64,000 bases of DNA. Origin: Takakia lepidozioides (taxonomy: Eukaryota > Plantae > Bryophyta). The translations under genes and the position numbers were made by a program. The stretch covers positions 44,702,001-44,766,000 of the forward strand of contig CM060733.1 in NCBI GenBank assembly GCA_030704615.1, given 5' to 3'. The notes under the pieces are model-generated. The model was not told the origin of the DNA. It saw only the letters and a program-made list of their open reading frames with translations, and did not search any database. The number at the start of each line of letters is the position of its first letter. Positions within the stretch are counted from its first letter, which is position 1. Positions 63,586-64,000 of this stretch are shown piece by piece.

Positions 63586-64000
63586 TGTCGCGGCCCTTTG
63601 CCTTGAGGGCAGGGGGTCGGGATATGTGAGGGGCTGCCCCTGTGGTGGGGGCAGCGGCAGCGATAGGTATGGGGGGTTGAAGCACCCTTGAGTGCCCAAG
63701 GCACTCAAGGAGGCGGAGGCGCTCTCTAGGTGGAGCCCCGCACACCGGGTTGCGGTGTGTCGCGGCCCTTTGCCTTGAGGGCAGGGGGTCGGGACACGTG
63801 AGGGGCTGCCCTTGTGGTGGGGGCAGCGGCAGCGATAGGTATGGGGGGCTGAAGCACCCTTGAGTGCCCAAGGCACTCAAGGAGGCAGAGGCGCTTACTA
63901 GGTGGAGCCCCCGCACACCGGGTTGCGGTGGGGGTGGCTCCACAAGGGGTGGTGGTAGCTTAGCGGGACTTAGTGGGGGTGGCATAGGACTCACCATGGG
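63586..64000 (+). repeat. LTR of the 38665-39373 family with its first 172 bp tandemly duplicated; runs off the window
   Basis: TGTCGCGGCCC at 63586 and 63758; the downstream sequence matches the reverse complement of about 39135-39230. Confidence 0.9.

Overview
This is eukaryotic DNA from a land plant, probably a non-seed plant (GT-AG introns, CURT1, PLS-type PPR and DUF2921 fragments); the species cannot be told from the sequence. The window is mostly nested transposons. Bases 1-37264 look like the right part of a very large CACTA/EnSpm element, ending in TAGTG at 37260-37264. Nested inside it are two Ty3/Gypsy copies, a MITE and two related Mutator-like elements. The best finding is element B, 19904-32506. 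It has imperfect TIRs, a CACTATAGA direct repeat on both flanks and an intact DDE/SWIM transposase. It also carries a divergently oriented multi-exon gene that fuses a ParB/Srx-like DGNHR domain to a beta-class N4C/N6A DNA-methyltransferase fold, in which DPPY is replaced by DIPD. A diverged paralogue of that gene (2353-7477) ends next to a matching terminus at about 7822, so the cargo appears to be a family trait. Both copies are associated with palindrome-rich tandem arrays in non-coding, probably intronic, DNA. The right half holds Gypsy gag/LTR pieces, an L1 fragment, an intact CURT1 gene, a piggyBac pseudogene and a piggyBac MITE, PPR, RPA49 and DUF2921 pseudogenes, and a CRE-like non-LTR element. 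All family calls come from motif recognition by eye; no searches were run.
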